A DNA stretch of 64,000 nucleotides from Chrysomallon squamiferum (GCA_012295275.1 CM022665.1:35774001-35838000); one strand, 5' to 3'. Shown: positions 14,948 to 29,377, numbered from the stretch's first letter. A program made the numbers and translations. The notes: generated by a model from the sequence alone, not told the origin.

Positions 14948-15637
14948 TCTTACATCAATTAATTATTCAAATGTACAAGTCTGGTTAGTCATGCTTCAAT
15001 GACTGCTGCCAGACACAGCTCTTTGAATGACAAAAAAGAAGCTAACATAAACAATGGAAGGCAAGTACAAACAACTGATGCAAGTACTGATGTCTCTCCT
15101 CGTGGGAACAAAAATCAATAACATAAATCATGATCCAAGCCAGCAGAAAGGCGGGCTTTTATTTAATGGCAAAATTGATGCTTTGAGCTCGTCAAATACT
15201 ACTGAGACATCATGAGCATGCAATGCACAAGGCCACAGAACTTTCGGTAAATGTCCACAAAAAAACCAAAAAGACAAATGAAAAAGTTTAATAGGTGCAG
15301 AAGAATTACATTCAGGGTATTTTAAACTACAGTGTGTACAAGATATAGCAGAGATGAGTTATTTTTAGTTAACTGTTTGTGACAGAGATTAACAAAATAA
15401 ATGAGAAGGAAGAGTGAGTGTGAGATTACGAATGAGAAAGAAAGAGAGAGAAACAGCAAGAAAGTGAGAGAAATAGAGAAACAGAATAAATTAAAATGAT
15501 CAAATTTTTGTTGCATCGGATATATCTGTGGAAAGTTTCAGAAAGAAGCAGAGAGAGAGCGAGAGTGAGAGAAATAAAGAAACAGAATATAATGAAGATG
15601 ACCAGAGTTTTACTGCATCAGATACATATATAAAGAG

Positions 15638-15685
<48 letters not shown>

Positions 15686-17929
15686 ACTTCAATAGTTCTT
15701 CAGCTTCACAATTTGATCTTTAATAAACCTACATGCTGCTAATCAGGGCAAAGTTCTATATGGCACTGGAGATCTGTGCTACATGCCAAATATGATAATC
15801 ATCACATCAAGATATTTTCCTTTTCGTTTTTCTTTACAACATGAAACAACCACTTGCTGGAAAACTGGAATATAATTCTATAATAAATTGACCTTTCAGC
15901 CAACCACTACTGAATGGAAACTATTCTGTAATAATCCCTTCAATTCAGAACATGTATCAATACGATTATAAAGCTTTAGCTTTAATCGAAGATGTGCTAT
16001 TGACAATTGCAGTGTGCTTGGCCCAAATATGTGATCTATTTTTATTTTTCATACACATATTTTCCCCACTGGCTGCTAAAATTAATTATCTTTAGCTGTA
16101 AGCAAGCAAAGGCAATTTTCAAAGTGACAGAAACATGCAGCCATCTTGAGTTTCATATTCCAAATAATCATATATTATCACAGAACATAATTATATACAA
16201 AACAAGAATTTAAACAGTGTCAGAAACACAAGCACAAAATCTGAAGAAAAAATGTTAAATAAAATAAATAACAATGTAAATGAAAGTGATAAGCCTAGTT
16301 AGAGAATTATTATCATGCAGTAAAATCGAAGGATAACTACTATATCATACTAATGCCAGTGTATCAAATTTTGATTAATGGTAAAATAAGAAAATAAGAA
16401 GAAAAAGAGAATGTAATATATTCTGAGAAAATAAAAATGTTGTAAGTTTGCTAAGTGCAAGGAGAGGGCATTTTAAATGTTTAAATGAAGTAATGTTTAA
16501 GTTGGTATATATATATTTTTTTAATCAAATTTGAGACTGGTAACAGTTTATGTATATGTGTATGTGGTTGTGTGTTTACATATATGTATGTTGTGTATAT
16601 ATGAATGTGTGTATTTGTATATAAATAGAAAAATACAGTATTCTACTTCATTTAAAATAATACAAATATAATACTATCTTCATATTCACTCCTTCCTTAA
16701 CTAATAGATAAATATGAACAAATACATAATTTCTCTCTCTTCCTTGGTTATTACAGAAATTCCCATACATGAACATTTATATATACACTTACAAAATTAT
16801 ATTTATATATACTGCTTTTTTCAAACATATCAAGGTAAACTTCTATCTAGGACAAAACATATATAGAATTACAATTGAAAAATCATCTGGGAAAAACGAT
16901 GTGTACTTATAATTTGTTTCTGAAATGACCCGAGTGATTACCCTGCTTCACTAAACAAGTCAGTATTTGTTTTGCATACTGCTGGTGTTTACTGGATTAC
17001 AAACACTAGCTTTAAAAATAGCTCACAAATAACTTGAAAACCTTAAGAAAACACACTCAAATTAACCTCAGTACAGACGCACTAGTTCAAGTCACTTACA
17101 ACCATTGTGGTCTGACATTATTTTGAGTTAATTGTAAAATCATCATAATCTGAACCTGAGATCCAAATCATTCAAGTGCCTCTTTACGAAATATGTCCTC
17201 ATTTTTTCTGTGTTGTGGATAGAGCCAAAGACATGGATCAATTGTGGAATACAGTGTGATGGGTCCTAGGATCAATTTTTCTCATTGTCAGTCCCAGGTC
17301 ATTTCAGTTCCTTTAAGTTATTTAAAAAAATAATAATAATGCAGCGTCAGTAAATTCTAATTCACCACTAAAAAGATGTGATTAAGATGTGATAATATAA
17401 CAAAAGGTATCTTCTCAAATATTAAAATCCATTATCATTATTTAGTAACGAGATCAAAAGAAAAAAAAAAGAAAAAAAAAGAAAAGAAAAAAAAAAGAAA
17501 AAAGAAATCTATATTTGCAGATGTGACAATAAAAGATTCTTTGCTGCTGAAAAGACATAATTAGGTGATGATATGACACAAAGCATCTTCTGAAATATTT
17601 AACAGAAAAAAACCCTCAGAAAAACAACAGTACCACAAATTAAAAAAACAAACAAACAAAAAGTGAAAAGCCTGCCATAAGATTTTTATAATGCACCACT
17701 TCTTTCTGTCAGTGATCGTCTGCCTCAAAAATATTTGTGATAATGGTTATCAACAATGCATGAAGCAATCACAGTGAAGTACATTTTATTACATTATCCT
17801 GTTACATGAAGAGATTCCACCATCCCTGCTATAATCAGAAATCTGTCAACATTCTTGCAGTGTGTTCAGTACACGTATCCTTTTACTTTTGTGACTGCAA
17901 GCACATTTAAAATGTTTGATAAGGATAGG

Positions 17930-18235
17930 CACAAGACAGTCTACAGCCACAAGGACTAGATAATCTACAGTGTTAATGACAAGACAATATATAGTTCTAA
18001 CAACAAGACAATCTACAGCTCTAATACAAGACAGTCAAGAGCCTCAATGGCAAAACAATCCACAGCCATCATAACTAAACACTCGACAGCAATAATGATG
18101 AGAAAATCTACAGCTCAAATGAAAAGATAATCTACAGATATAAGGACAAGATAATCTACAACACTAAGGAAATGATATTATAAGTCTCAAATGAAAACAC
18201 AGTTTACAGCTCTAATGACAAGACAGTCTACAACT
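17930..18235. repeat. Degenerate 24-bp minisatellite, ~13 copies
   Basis: Unit approx. AAGACAATCTACAGCTCTAATGAC. Confidence 0.8.
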
Positions 18236-18472
18236 TTATTCCACCTACTAAAAGCAACAACATTTTCTTACAGAAATTATAATCACATACAATGGAGCGG
18301 TGATGACTTTGTTAGTGTCTTGTTTGTCCTTGATAAACAATGTAATGAATGCCTACATTCTATTGTTTAGCATGGTCTAGAAACACAATGAACTGAATGA
18401 CTAGAAAACATCTACTGAATCTGTTAAAATATGTGAAACAGACGATGCTGTAGACTTCATTTTAATTATAAA

Positions 18473-18757
18473 TAGCTACTACTACTCCTTCTACCATCAC
18501 TGCTGTAACTGCTATCACTACTACAACTGCTACTACTATTACCAATGCTGCTACTACTATGAATACAACAATAAAATCAATTACTATTACTACTACAACT
18601 GCTGCTGCTACTACTACTAGCACTACTTCTGCTGCTGCTGCTACTACTATTAGCACTACTTCTGCTGCTGCTGCTACTACTACTAGCACTACTTCTGCTG
18701 CTGCTGCTGATTTTGTTTGACATCTGCTGCTATATTACTACTACCACTATTACTGCT
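18473..18757. repeat. Compound (GCT)n/(ACT)n trinucleotide repeat with a higher-order ~33-bp unit
   Basis: agcactacttctgctgctgctgctactactact repeated about three times within a degenerate trinucleotide tract. Confidence 0.85.
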
Positions 18758-19532
18758 TTATACAACAACAACACATATCATCAACATTATTATTATTATT
18801 ATTAAATGACAATAAGATAAACAACTGTCAGCTTTGCTGCAGATGTTAATATAGAGTGTACAAATTTTAAAAAATTAAGTATTTAACTTAAGTAAATAAA
18901 TGGTTGATAAATCCCATGATTTAAACAGAATTTGAAAAATTACACACACACACACACCATCAAGCATTTTTAACTTTATACAAATGATCTACATAATTTC
19001 TAATTAAAACGTTTAATAATAATAAAGCAGGAAATAACATTAATCAAAAAAATAGTAATAACAAAAAATAAATAGAAAAAACACACCACCAAAACAACAC
19101 TCCCCAAAACCCTCCAAAAACCACAAAAAAACAAGCAAAAACAAACTTATTAAAAAATAATTTTTTTAAAACTATAACTAACAAAACTTGCATTCATTTT
19201 ACACTTCACCCCATATTCTCAAATAACACAAGTTCCAATCGCCATTTTTATTGATAGCAATTATTAACACTGAGATGGTTTCTGTAATAATACGTAACAG
19301 TATTCGAACGTGTAACCAAGCACAAACGTAATAGGAAAGCGAAATAACGAATATTGCAAAGAACGACTTTGTCACTTTCCAATATGCTTTCATATTAAAA
19401 TTTACGTTCCTTGACAGTAACCTGTAAAAAATTTATATCGAGACGTGCGAAAAAGAAAACCTCAGTAGCGGCATCGGCATTTCGAGTAAACATAACTAAC
19501 TAACGAATCAATGATAAGACGGACATACTCAC

Positions 19533-19830
19533 ATTCCAAACAACACGTCTTCGTTTTTCCTGGAGCAGACGATAATGTAGACACTTCCAGAAAACCGAAG
19601 ATCATCATTAACATTAAAACATATCTTCTTGGTGGTATATTATGATTGTTATTATTAATATATTGTTTGATATGTGGGAAATACTTGTTTTTGTGTTTAT
19701 GTTGTCGTATTGTTCTGTTTCCCCACACCTCACTTCTGAAAACGATGTACAGATCGTCTGCTCTACATCACCATGTTGTTTTGAATGAGAATGACAGTTT
19801 ATAGGCCAGGCTAGCCATTGAGGAATTGGC
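19533..19830 (-). other. Probable first (5' UTR) exon of the minus-strand gene
   Basis: Consensus donor GAAT|GTGAGT at 19533/19532 on the minus strand. It lies where CpG dinucleotides reappear after ~19 kb of CpG depletion. The 5' boundary is approximate. Confidence 0.5.
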
Positions 19831-20030
19831 CAATGCAAGCAACTGTGACAAAAATCAATATCAGATCCCTCGGGTTAGGGCCTAGTTACATTACACAACA
19901 CTGGCTGGCTGTAGCATCTTTCCCTTCATCTTATCCCATTGTTATTACTGCGATGACGATTGTGCCCAAGGGCGGATCCGTATGAGATTTTGGATGCTGA
20001 GATATATGTGCATTATCGCCAATATTTGTA
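19800..20030 (-). promoter_or_regulatory. Putative promoter of the minus-strand gene
   Basis: Locally GC/CpG-richer DNA upstream of the putative first exon. Paired CCAAT boxes (ATTGGCCAAT, 19825-19834) and GGGCGG at ~19970. Confidence 0.35.
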
Positions 20031-20308
20031 AATGTTAACATATTTAATGAATGAGGTATAAAAAGGATAGCATTGATTTACGTTCTGTTAAAATTGCTTT
20101 AAGTTTAATTCGTTTTTGTAAATCGCTCTGGGAAAGGCGACAACCAGTGTTAAAACTAGCAAGTTCGACATTAATACACTTTATGTTTTTGTTAAAACGA
20201 CCATCACAACAGCAGCTTTTCGTCAACAACAAAGAGTACACTGAAAATATATAAATATTAAAACGTATGGTTGTTCTGATAAGTCATATAATATTATTAT
20301 CCAACATA

Positions 20309-20310
<2 letters not shown>

Positions 20311-20372
<62 letters not shown>
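20311..20372. repeat. (CT)n/(TG)n microsatellite
   Basis: Seen directly. Confidence 0.95.
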
Positions 20373-20373
<1 letters not shown>

Positions 20374-23300
20374 TTGTCTGTGTGTCCGTGTTTAAATATA
20401 GGTGACCTTTTAACACTAATTTTATATATATAAAAAATAATATTGGTAGGCATAAACCTAAACTTTGGTCTTGTTAACGCTAAATGAAGGATTTTTCCAG
20501 TGACTATTTAATAAATGACAGCATAGAAAAGAAATAATAAAGTATATTAAATAATAGTAATAATAAAAACAGTGCAAAGATGTTGTCACTTAACATTGTT
20601 TTATTTGAAAACGACGGTTTAATGATGGCTGTTAAAGTAAAAGGTGAGCTAATTTATTTAAAGTGGCTTTATCCATATTTTCCAGTAAATACGATCATCA
20701 GAAGTATTGTTAACCGCCGCGCTTCAATGATTTCCTGAACGTCTACAGCTGATAGCCATAAAAATCTCGCCGTCATTTTATCGGCATCGTTAATCTAGCG
20801 ACTTTTATTGCTTTTTGGAAAATGAACCCGTCTCACTCTCAACATGACGCGGCAGTTAGGATAATCCTTAAGCAGGAAATAATATTTAAAAGTCTAATTT
20901 TGTTTATACCTCTTCCACTTTTAACGGCCAGAAATGGTCGTGGTGCATTGTCAAGCAATACCAGTATAAAAAGTAGTTTTCCGATCTTAGTAGTATAAAG
21001 AAATGAGTAATGTTGAAGCTTCTCGATCATATATGAATACGAATATGAAAAGTAATGGAAAATTATGTCATGCAGGGCTGGTTCATATAAAAATTGGTGG
21101 TTAAAATAATAATAATAATAAAATCACATAAAGCATCATCTTGGTGTATTCTTCATGCCTTCAACTTCAGGTTGTTCCGTGTCTACTTCTGGTAACTCAT
21201 TTAGTCCCGAAATTTAATGATTATTACCATTTCTAAACTCTGTATTTCCAACTATGTCCTATCTTCTGCTATTACAGTCTGTATTTTCAGTTACAGTAAA
21301 GTCACTCCACGTCACTGTTTCAAACATCGTTTTCATATTCTTTACATTTCACCTCTCCCAACAAAGTGAACAACTGTTCCTAAGTTAACATGTCATTTCT
21401 TCTGTTCGAGTCGTTCATTTAATAATTTTTATATTTGCGATGCGCTGTGTTCAGCCCAACCTAACACCACTGTAGCAAAGTGTGCATGCGCGCGCGCGCG
21501 CGCGTGTGTGTGCGTCACGTTTATTATTATTTATTTCTAAATTATTATTTGTTTCTATGGAGCATAGTCACGTAGAAATAGTGTATTTAGAGGTAATTCG
21601 GCAGAATCTCGACGGGTGATCACTAGATTCATTATCAAGACAGTCACAGTCACTACAAATTATAATACAATATTGTTTTTTTGTACAGAGGAGTTTTTGT
21701 TTTGTTTTATTTTTTATTTTTTGCTTAATAGGTAATTTGGAAATGTAACACACACACACACACACACACACAAGGCTTTGAGACTTAATCATTCAACATA
21801 TACACATTAATGCTTCGCCTTCTGCATTGCCCTAATAACTCTGTGTATCATACAAACATACTTCCATTTACATTAACATTACTCCTCAAACATCTTTAAA
21901 TCACCAGTTTTACCCTGTCCATAATATGTTTAGCTACTGTCTGGGAACGATCTATAAACATAACGTTTATATATAATTAATTATAAAAGGATGTGTGCAA
22001 CATTGTCACATTTCATATTAAATACAAACGTTCAGTTATATTGGTGAATAGTTTAATTCGAGTTCTAAAACTCGGTTCCCCGAATGGAACATAATTCTGA
22101 AACTTTATCGACATATGGAGTCCAAGTCTACAATAAAAGGCTAAAGGTAAAAAATTGTATTGCATATAAATATTTTGCATTATTATGAAACTGGATGCCA
22201 AAGATACTGCAACACATATAAACATATTTTTTTTTTGTAAGGTTATCTGGGTACTCAAAAGTTATCATCATCCGCCTTAGGAATGCGGGCGATTAACTGA
22301 GATCCGTTCAAGTCTCGTCATCAACATCTGATATTTATTAAATCACAACAGACGAACTGTGTCTAATCAGTAATTCCAGTATACAATTAACATTTAAAAT
22401 GCACCCTTATACATCAATATATCAAACTCAGATATATAAACTGATAGTTGGCCACTTTTTCATGAATTATGGCTTTTTTTTTTTTCTTCTTCTTCTTCTT
22501 CTTCTTTTTTAAATATATATATCGTAAAAATAATAATATCAATGAAAAACATTCTGATACTCACTGGACTATTATATCGTTGAATAGGAATGGATCTTTT
22601 AACATGCATCTTTCCTGACACAAGAAAACAAATTCCATACAATATTAGCACTGGCTACAACAACAAATAAAGCAATGAACGCTTTGGGGAAGGCTGACCC
22701 TTCTCTCCGTCACGATGCAAGATTTTTCTTCTAAATGATCTATGCAATATTATTAATATTATTATTATAATGTTATTGTGGTTGTTAATTTAAATAAAAT
22801 TATTTTCTCTAGTAATACTGTAGGCAATTATAAAAACCTAAATGCAGATTTGAAACATGCAACGTGTAATAAATACCAAATATAACATAAAAAGAGATAT
22901 GATCTCTGTACAAAATGTACTTTAAGAATTATTTTCCCTTTTCTCATATTATATTTCTGAAACATTGCTGATAATTATTTTATTCCGTTTTGTATATTTA
23001 ACAACAATAACAAAACCAGCAACAGTAATAGAAAAAATACATAAACAAAATATAAATTGAAACTGAAAGAAATAAGCATATGCAGTATGTAAATGTACTA
23101 ACACAACGTGAGATAAGGTTTAAAAAATGAAAGAAACAAAACTTTTATCATTACACTACTTTTTTCAGTATGTATGTAATGTTAAAACGTATAGTTAAAA
23201 ACATGTAGCGTATGTTTCATAATAAACTTTGGCGTGACGCAAGAACATATTTGATCTGTAGTTCTCATCTGCTAACACAACAACGTAAAAGATTATTAAA

Positions 23301-23944
23301 TTTATTAATTTAGTTTTTTTCATATGATGTAAAAATCGTTGAGTGTATGTGAAAACAACAACAAAAAATTACAAAACAAACAAATAAACAAAAACAAAAA
23401 CAAAACAAAACCAACACAACACAACAACAAAAAGATCACCCTTGCAAAAAATGTTCACAGCAACAATGTATGACAATAACTGTATATATGAACGTACGTA
23501 TATTTTTTAGAGCATTGTATAAATGTGTTTGTATGTTTATGAATGTGCACGTGTGTTTGTGTATTTATGAATGTTTCTAAGTTTGATTTATGGATCTATG
23601 TATGTATGCAATTTAAAAAAGTTACAAATAGTTTTAGTAAAAAAATGGAAAATTAAACAACCGAACAACAAAAACAAACAACAGCAACAAACAAAACAAA
23701 CAAAAACAAAACAACAACAACAGAAACATACAAAAAATCAGTATATAAAATATAAACGTAGATATAAACATACATTTATCTCCATCGAGAAACAGACACT
23801 GAAACATATGGACAGACAGATACACATATACACGTAAATACAGACACACATATAAATCTGCATGCCACGCCATGTTAACATAATATTTATTATGACTGAA
23901 CGGCAGTGGGTGCAATAAGCTACAATTATGTTACGACAGGTGGA

Positions 23945-24560
23945 ATTAAAACAGGTGGGAGGAGTGGGTACAGTCTAAAACATTTCAGGAGCGTTAAAGC
24001 TGTGATAAAACTATGTTCGGTTCGGAGTTGGGAGGTAGTTAGAACAATATAAGATATATTTAACTTCAGACAGAGTTGAAATTGATAGAAAATATATCTG
24101 AGTGGGAGATGGGGATGGAGATAGTGGGCATAACCTATATTTGACGACAGACAGAGCTAAAGCTTAAAAAAATTATATTTTGGTTTTAGGTGAAAAGCAC
24201 AGGGTAGCATAAAAGCCACATTTCGTGAGAAACAGAGTTAAAACTAGAGAGAGATAGAAGTCATTAGGTAATATTTTTACGATCGAGTGAAAAGTAAGAT
24301 AAAACTACATTTGAGTAGGATGTGGAAGACAGTGGGTACAGTATAAGCCATATTTGCAGACAGATAAAAGCTAAAACTGTGATAAAATTGTGTTTGTATG
24401 AGATGGGCGCCAGTGGATACAGTATAAGCTATATTTCGCGAGTTAACAACGATGATGCTATATTTGGTTAGTGAGTACACTATAAACCAAATTTTACTAC
24501 AGAAAGAGTTAAAACTGTAATACAGTTATGTTTGGGAGTGAGGTGGGAGGCAGTGGGAAG
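23945..24560. repeat. Degenerate tandem repeat, unit ~65-80 bp
   Basis: Recurrent AGAGTTAAAACTGTGATAAAA...GAGATGGG...CAGTGGGTACAGTATAAGCCATATTT motifs. Confidence 0.65.
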
Positions 24561-25787
24561 GATTTACAAGAGATTTTTGCCATCATGTTGCACTGGAATA
24601 ACACACACGTCTTATATAAGACGATACTCATATTTATTATCTCAGGTGAACTCGAGTTGTTCCACTTTATACACAAAAATGTAAGCTGACCTTTAAACAC
24701 AGCGGCAGTCAGGAGCGGATCCATCAAGGCGTGTATTGCGGGACGGATCTGTTATGAAGCTAATAACACTTAAGCTTCAGGATGGTCCCCAGAAACAACT
24801 TTAGTCCACATTGCTTTCAGAAATGTAATATAAATCTGAAATTCCATGATTAAATTATTAGAAAAATAGTTTTGTGCTCTGTCACGGAATATGTCTACCG
24901 AAGAAGATAACAGTGGTTACCTAGGCCTCCGAAGTTTGGTACAAACGATTCAACGAAACTGGTTTTTTTTTTAGCCGTATATTATATTTGAGATTAACAT
25001 GAAATAAAACAAAAGTAGCTTCAAAAGGGGTCGAATCCTCTCTTCTCTCAGGGTAATTTTACTTTTGCTTGTTTTTCCAAGGATATAACAGTTGCAGGTC
25101 TCTCCCCTTCAACTGCCATTTTTAATGTATGACAAAGTAAACGTTGTATTCATGGATTATGCCCCAGAAATGTGTTTCATAACACAAACACATGCACACG
25201 CATATACCTATCTCTCAGAAGTATGCATATAAATCAGCAACAAAAAAACAACAACAAAAAACTCCAATAATAATAATACAAAGAATAACTAACTAACTAA
25301 CTAAATAAATAAATAAATAAATAATCAAATAATCAAATGATAAATACATGAAAATTAAAATGTTAGAAAATATTCATGATTTAATGCAGTAATACATTTA
25401 TATTGGCTAGAGGAACATGTACATTTGGCAGCTTGGCTGTAGAGTTTGGCGACCTTTTGTGTCATCGTTTGATGCCGTTTCTTTCCAACCTGTTTCTTAC
25501 GGCGCTGCAGAATGTAGACGTTTTCTGGCCCCAGGCTTATTCTCTGTTTATCTCTTTGTGACATTGCATTTCAGATACACAGAAATAAAACAATATTTTG
25601 CTCTTAGCAGGTCAGTAACATTTCGTACACTCCGCGGAATAACTCCGTTTCTATTTATATAAATGTGTATGTACATACATGTGTGGCGGTATATATATAT
25701 AAAATAAACTATATCATTTTTTTCTAAATAGGATTTTAACTCAGAAACTAGCACATAGCGTTTATCGGTGTATGTGCGTGTATGTAC

Positions 25788-25824
<37 letters not shown>

Positions 25825-26187
25825 GTATGTATGTATGTATGTATGTATGTATATGTATATGGGGTGTGTGTGTGTATACATGTGCGCACTCGCGCGCTAA
25901 ATGCGCTTGTTCACCTATCTTTTGAAAGAATAATTAAGTTTCGCCATGACTAGCTTTTGCTAAACATTTATTTGATCTGTTATGCATCAAGTTATATGGA
26001 CTTTTGAAATAAAAATAAATTTAAAAAAATGGAAAATGTGTAATATAAATAAAATACATCAACGTTATTTTTCAGTGTAGCGATTAGTTAGTTTATGAGG
26101 ACTCAGTCTTTTTAAGTCATGTGTTTAGATCTGAGAAAAATTATTTACGATATAAAAATAAAACAGATATAATAATATGTATAGATC

Positions 26188-26250
<63 letters not shown>

Positions 26251-26794
26251 AAAAAATATAAAATAAATAAATAAATAAACGTAGCATATATAAAAATTAC
26301 TTTAGTAATGGTGAATTGTAAAAATAATTCACTACGTTATTTGTCTGTCTTTTATTTGTTTGCCAGTTAAAATATCCTTCTCACGCTCTTACACGTATTT
26401 CTCAGATTTTATTAAGATTTCTAAAAATGTAGATAATATGACTTTTTCACGTCATTATCTTCTGCATTAAATTACCTATTGTTTTAATCACCATAATTTC
26501 ACAAAAGTCAAGAAACACACACTACTATAAAATGAGATCTCAGTATTTAAATGAATGAATAAATAAATTAATTCATTAATCAACAACAACAACAACAACA
26601 ACAATAATAATAATAATTCTGTTATAAACAAGAATACCAAAAAATAGACAAACTCCTCCCTGAATAAATTTTTGGAACAGCCCTGCTTTATACCTACTTT
26701 GACCAAGATTAGTTACATAAGACATGACCTAAATTCCAGTTGGTATATCGGAAACATTCTGAAATATTACAGCAGTTAATGAAAACGTCATGCC

Positions 26795-26825
26795 ATGAAA
26801 ACAAACATAATTTATTTCGTTCTAG
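26795..26825 (+). CDS. Exon 1 of a 113-aa secreted six-Cys, predicted GPI-anchored protein (signal peptide start)
   Basis: gccATG Kozak context, MKTNIIYFVL, then phase-1 donor CTAG|GTAAGT. It joins in frame to 27777 to complete the signal peptide MKTNIIYFVLVLALTKG. Confidence 0.8.
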
Positions 26826-27776
26826 GTAAGTTATGTACAAAAACAAGTTCAGTACAGCTTAATACCTGTACAGTTTATACGTTTTTAAATAAATAATAGT
26901 GTATATAATACTTAAATTAATATTTACAGTACTGGATAATATTAAGCAGGCGACATTACATCGTTCATTACAATACGACTTTTTTTATTTTATTTTTTGT
27001 TTTGTTTTGGGTTTTTTCGTCGTTTGTATGACAGCTTTCCATAAAAAAAAAATAATAAAAATAAAAATATATATACTCAATATATTAAATTAATGATGTG
27101 CATGTATATAAATATGTATGCGCGCGCGTGAATTGAAGTATTTCATTATATAACTGCCTTTATATACTTATTAAGAACAAATTATATTGTAAACATTTAG
27201 TTATTCAACCAAAAGTCATATTTGTTTGGTAATAGCTAACACAGATAATTAACTGTACATGTGTGTAGTAAATAAAGGTAAGTCGGTGGTGTTTCTATAA
27301 AAGTGATTTACCGGGCTGCAGGTGGCTTTGTTCGGACCTGTTCAAACAGAACAGTACGTACACACAGCGTGAGCTGTGTCTAGGTGTATCGAGGTTTTGG
27401 CAGTAGATAAACAAGGGGCGGATCCAGATGACGAACAAGGGTGGAGTATCCATCCAGAAGTTTTCTCTTATTCCTAAAAGTTACATTCTTGTGTAAAAGT
27501 ATTTATGTTTAATATTAATGTTGTTTCTGTCAAACATAATTATGATTTTCGAATAATTATAATATGAAAGAAAGAACATTTATAAATACACATATTCGTA
27601 CGTTTGTGTGTGTGTGTGTGTGTAGATACACACATACACAAACACTCATGCATATTATTAATTAATTTATTTAGTTATTTCAATATACTTTAAAGCGAAA
27701 TGATCTACTAAAGTCTGTCAGCTTTTACTAAAACATTTTGTTAACTTTCATCTGATTTTTGTTTCATGTTGTACAG

Positions 27777-27894
27777 TCCTAGCTTTGACAAAAGGAGATG
27801 AATGCGATCATCAGAAAGCAATCACTTGTTTGTTTCCTAACTTGGAGAGGATAAACTCTGCTCAACAAACAGGAAACGTCACAGCTCAATGCAC
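27777..27894 (+). CDS. Exon 2 of the six-Cys GPI-anchored protein
   Basis: Acceptor tttgtttcatgttgtacAG; reads (V)LALTKGDECDHQKAITCLFPNLERINSAQQTGNVTAQC(T); phase-2 donor AC|GTGAGG. Confidence 0.85.
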
Positions 27895-28324
27895 GTGAGG
27901 TTTTTGCTGTAACTCAGCTTGTATAGACGTTTTGCAATATTAAGTAGACAGATCAATTTGCAGAGGTTCGTGTATCCATGTCTGTCCTTGAGTATATGAT
28001 TATGTATTTGCATATGTATTTATAATCAATAGTGATTATTAAATTTATTTTATATTCTTATTCAGAAAAAGACGCACCCCCCACACACATACACAAATAA
28101 ATATTTACGTGCACCTACAGATACGCACAAGACATATTACAGACATGTAGACTGTACGCTGTTGTTCTGTCAGAGTTTCTAACACTTTATTCCTTTTATC
28201 TGTTTACATGTCTATCAAAGTTTCGTTTATTGTAGGGTGGACATATCTATTTATTCATTACACATATACTTATATATATATTTATTTATTACATACATGT
28301 GTACCAAAGTTTAATTTATTACAG

Positions 28325-28428
28325 GGTGACATGGCAGGTATTAAATTGTTTGAAAGACATACCTAACTGTGTGAACACAACGGCAGTGAAAGTCGCCAAA
28401 ACAAAGATGATAGGTTTAGGCTGTGCTG
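28325..28428 (+). CDS. Exon 3 of the six-Cys GPI-anchored protein
   Basis: Acceptor tttaatttattacAG; reads (T)VTWQVLNCLKDIPNCVNTTAVKVAKTKMIGLGCA(G); phase-1 donor G|GTAAGT. Confidence 0.85.
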
Positions 28429-29194
28429 GTAAGTTATCATAATGTCAAATATGTTAAATATTTATCAGGTACCCCAAATATTTAAACTATGAAAAGTTTA
28501 CGTTGTACTATTTGGTATGTTATAAAAATACCAGGTACATTAAATATTTAATATATAAAATATAAAAAGTTTAGATTGTTTAAATTATCAGAAACATTAA
28601 ACATTTAACTATCTCATATTATGTTTCCAATTTTTTTACAAATTGTTTTATTTGACATTTTATTTTAAAAATGAGGTTTTTATATTGTTGACAAAAACAC
28701 TTGTGCTGTATAAAATTAAACCTAATTGCGAAAGTTTTTTGAGGTTAAACATTTCATTTATTAGAGTTTGACGTAAGAAGTAAATTGATTATAAAACGGA
28801 CCAGTGTGTTCGTTACAAAAAGAAATTCATGTTATATTTTCATTAAAAAATAATAATAATAAAAAATATAATAATAATAAAAAAATGCTAGCATCATTAT
28901 TTTTATTTTAGAACACGAAATCGTTTATCATGACTGTCTTTTAAAACTTTCCCTTGTAGTGTTATACATTTTATTTCATAATTAATAATGAAAAATAATA
29001 TTTTACTAATTTTCAAAGACAATTCCACAATAACATGCAGTATTAATCTAGGTAGAAATCATATCGCGATATTCTCGATCAGTGCGGTTTTCCATACAAA
29101 TCATACATTTGTTGTTAAGGTTATTATTACATTGTTGACTGATAGACCTATCTACAATTCAACTAAACACAAATGTTTATTCAGATACACATAC

Positions 29195-29333
29195 ACATCG
29201 GAGTTTTCTTTCCGATTACAATGTCATTCCGAAACTAGTTTACTAAGTGTCTTTCTTATCATCCGTATTTACACAACTCTGAAGTAAGAACATTGTTCAG
29301 TGTCTGTACTGAGTGGAAAATGTGTGTAAAACA
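29195..29333 (+). repeat. 139-bp inverted repeat, left copy (partner 31414-31552)
   Basis: Reverse complement of 31414-31552 with one mismatch. Confidence 0.9.
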
Positions 29334-29334
29334 T

Positions 29335-29376
<42 letters not shown>

Positions 29377-29377
<1 letters not shown>

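Noticed and set aside
1820-16213. Numerous Phe/Leu/Ile/Lys-rich ORFs (e.g. 1888-2304, 13306-13867)
   Set aside because: Translations of poly-A/T tracts and microsatellites; no splice or domain support.
17930-18757. 24-bp and 33-bp repeats as repetitive coding exons (mucin/antifreeze-like)
   Set aside because: In-frame stops, a unit-length irregularity and no convincing splice sites; simple intronic repeats.
19462-19728. 88-aa ORF containing SSAPGKTK (reminiscent of a GTPase switch motif)
   Set aside because: No P-loop or other GTPase motifs; starts at GTG and crosses a splice donor; more likely 5' UTR.
20690-21420. Higher-complexity stretch that might be a decayed coding/TE sequence
   Set aside because: The frames examined are interrupted by stops and show no recognisable motif.
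23945-24560. Repeat-spacer-like pattern (CRISPR?)
   Set aside because: Eukaryotic context, degenerate whole-unit tandem repeat, no unique spacers or cas genes.
27270-27290. Consensus donor AAG|GTAAGT in intron 1 of the six-Cys gene
   Set aside because: No upstream ATG/acceptor giving a compatible frame; exon 26795-26825 already supplies the signal peptide.
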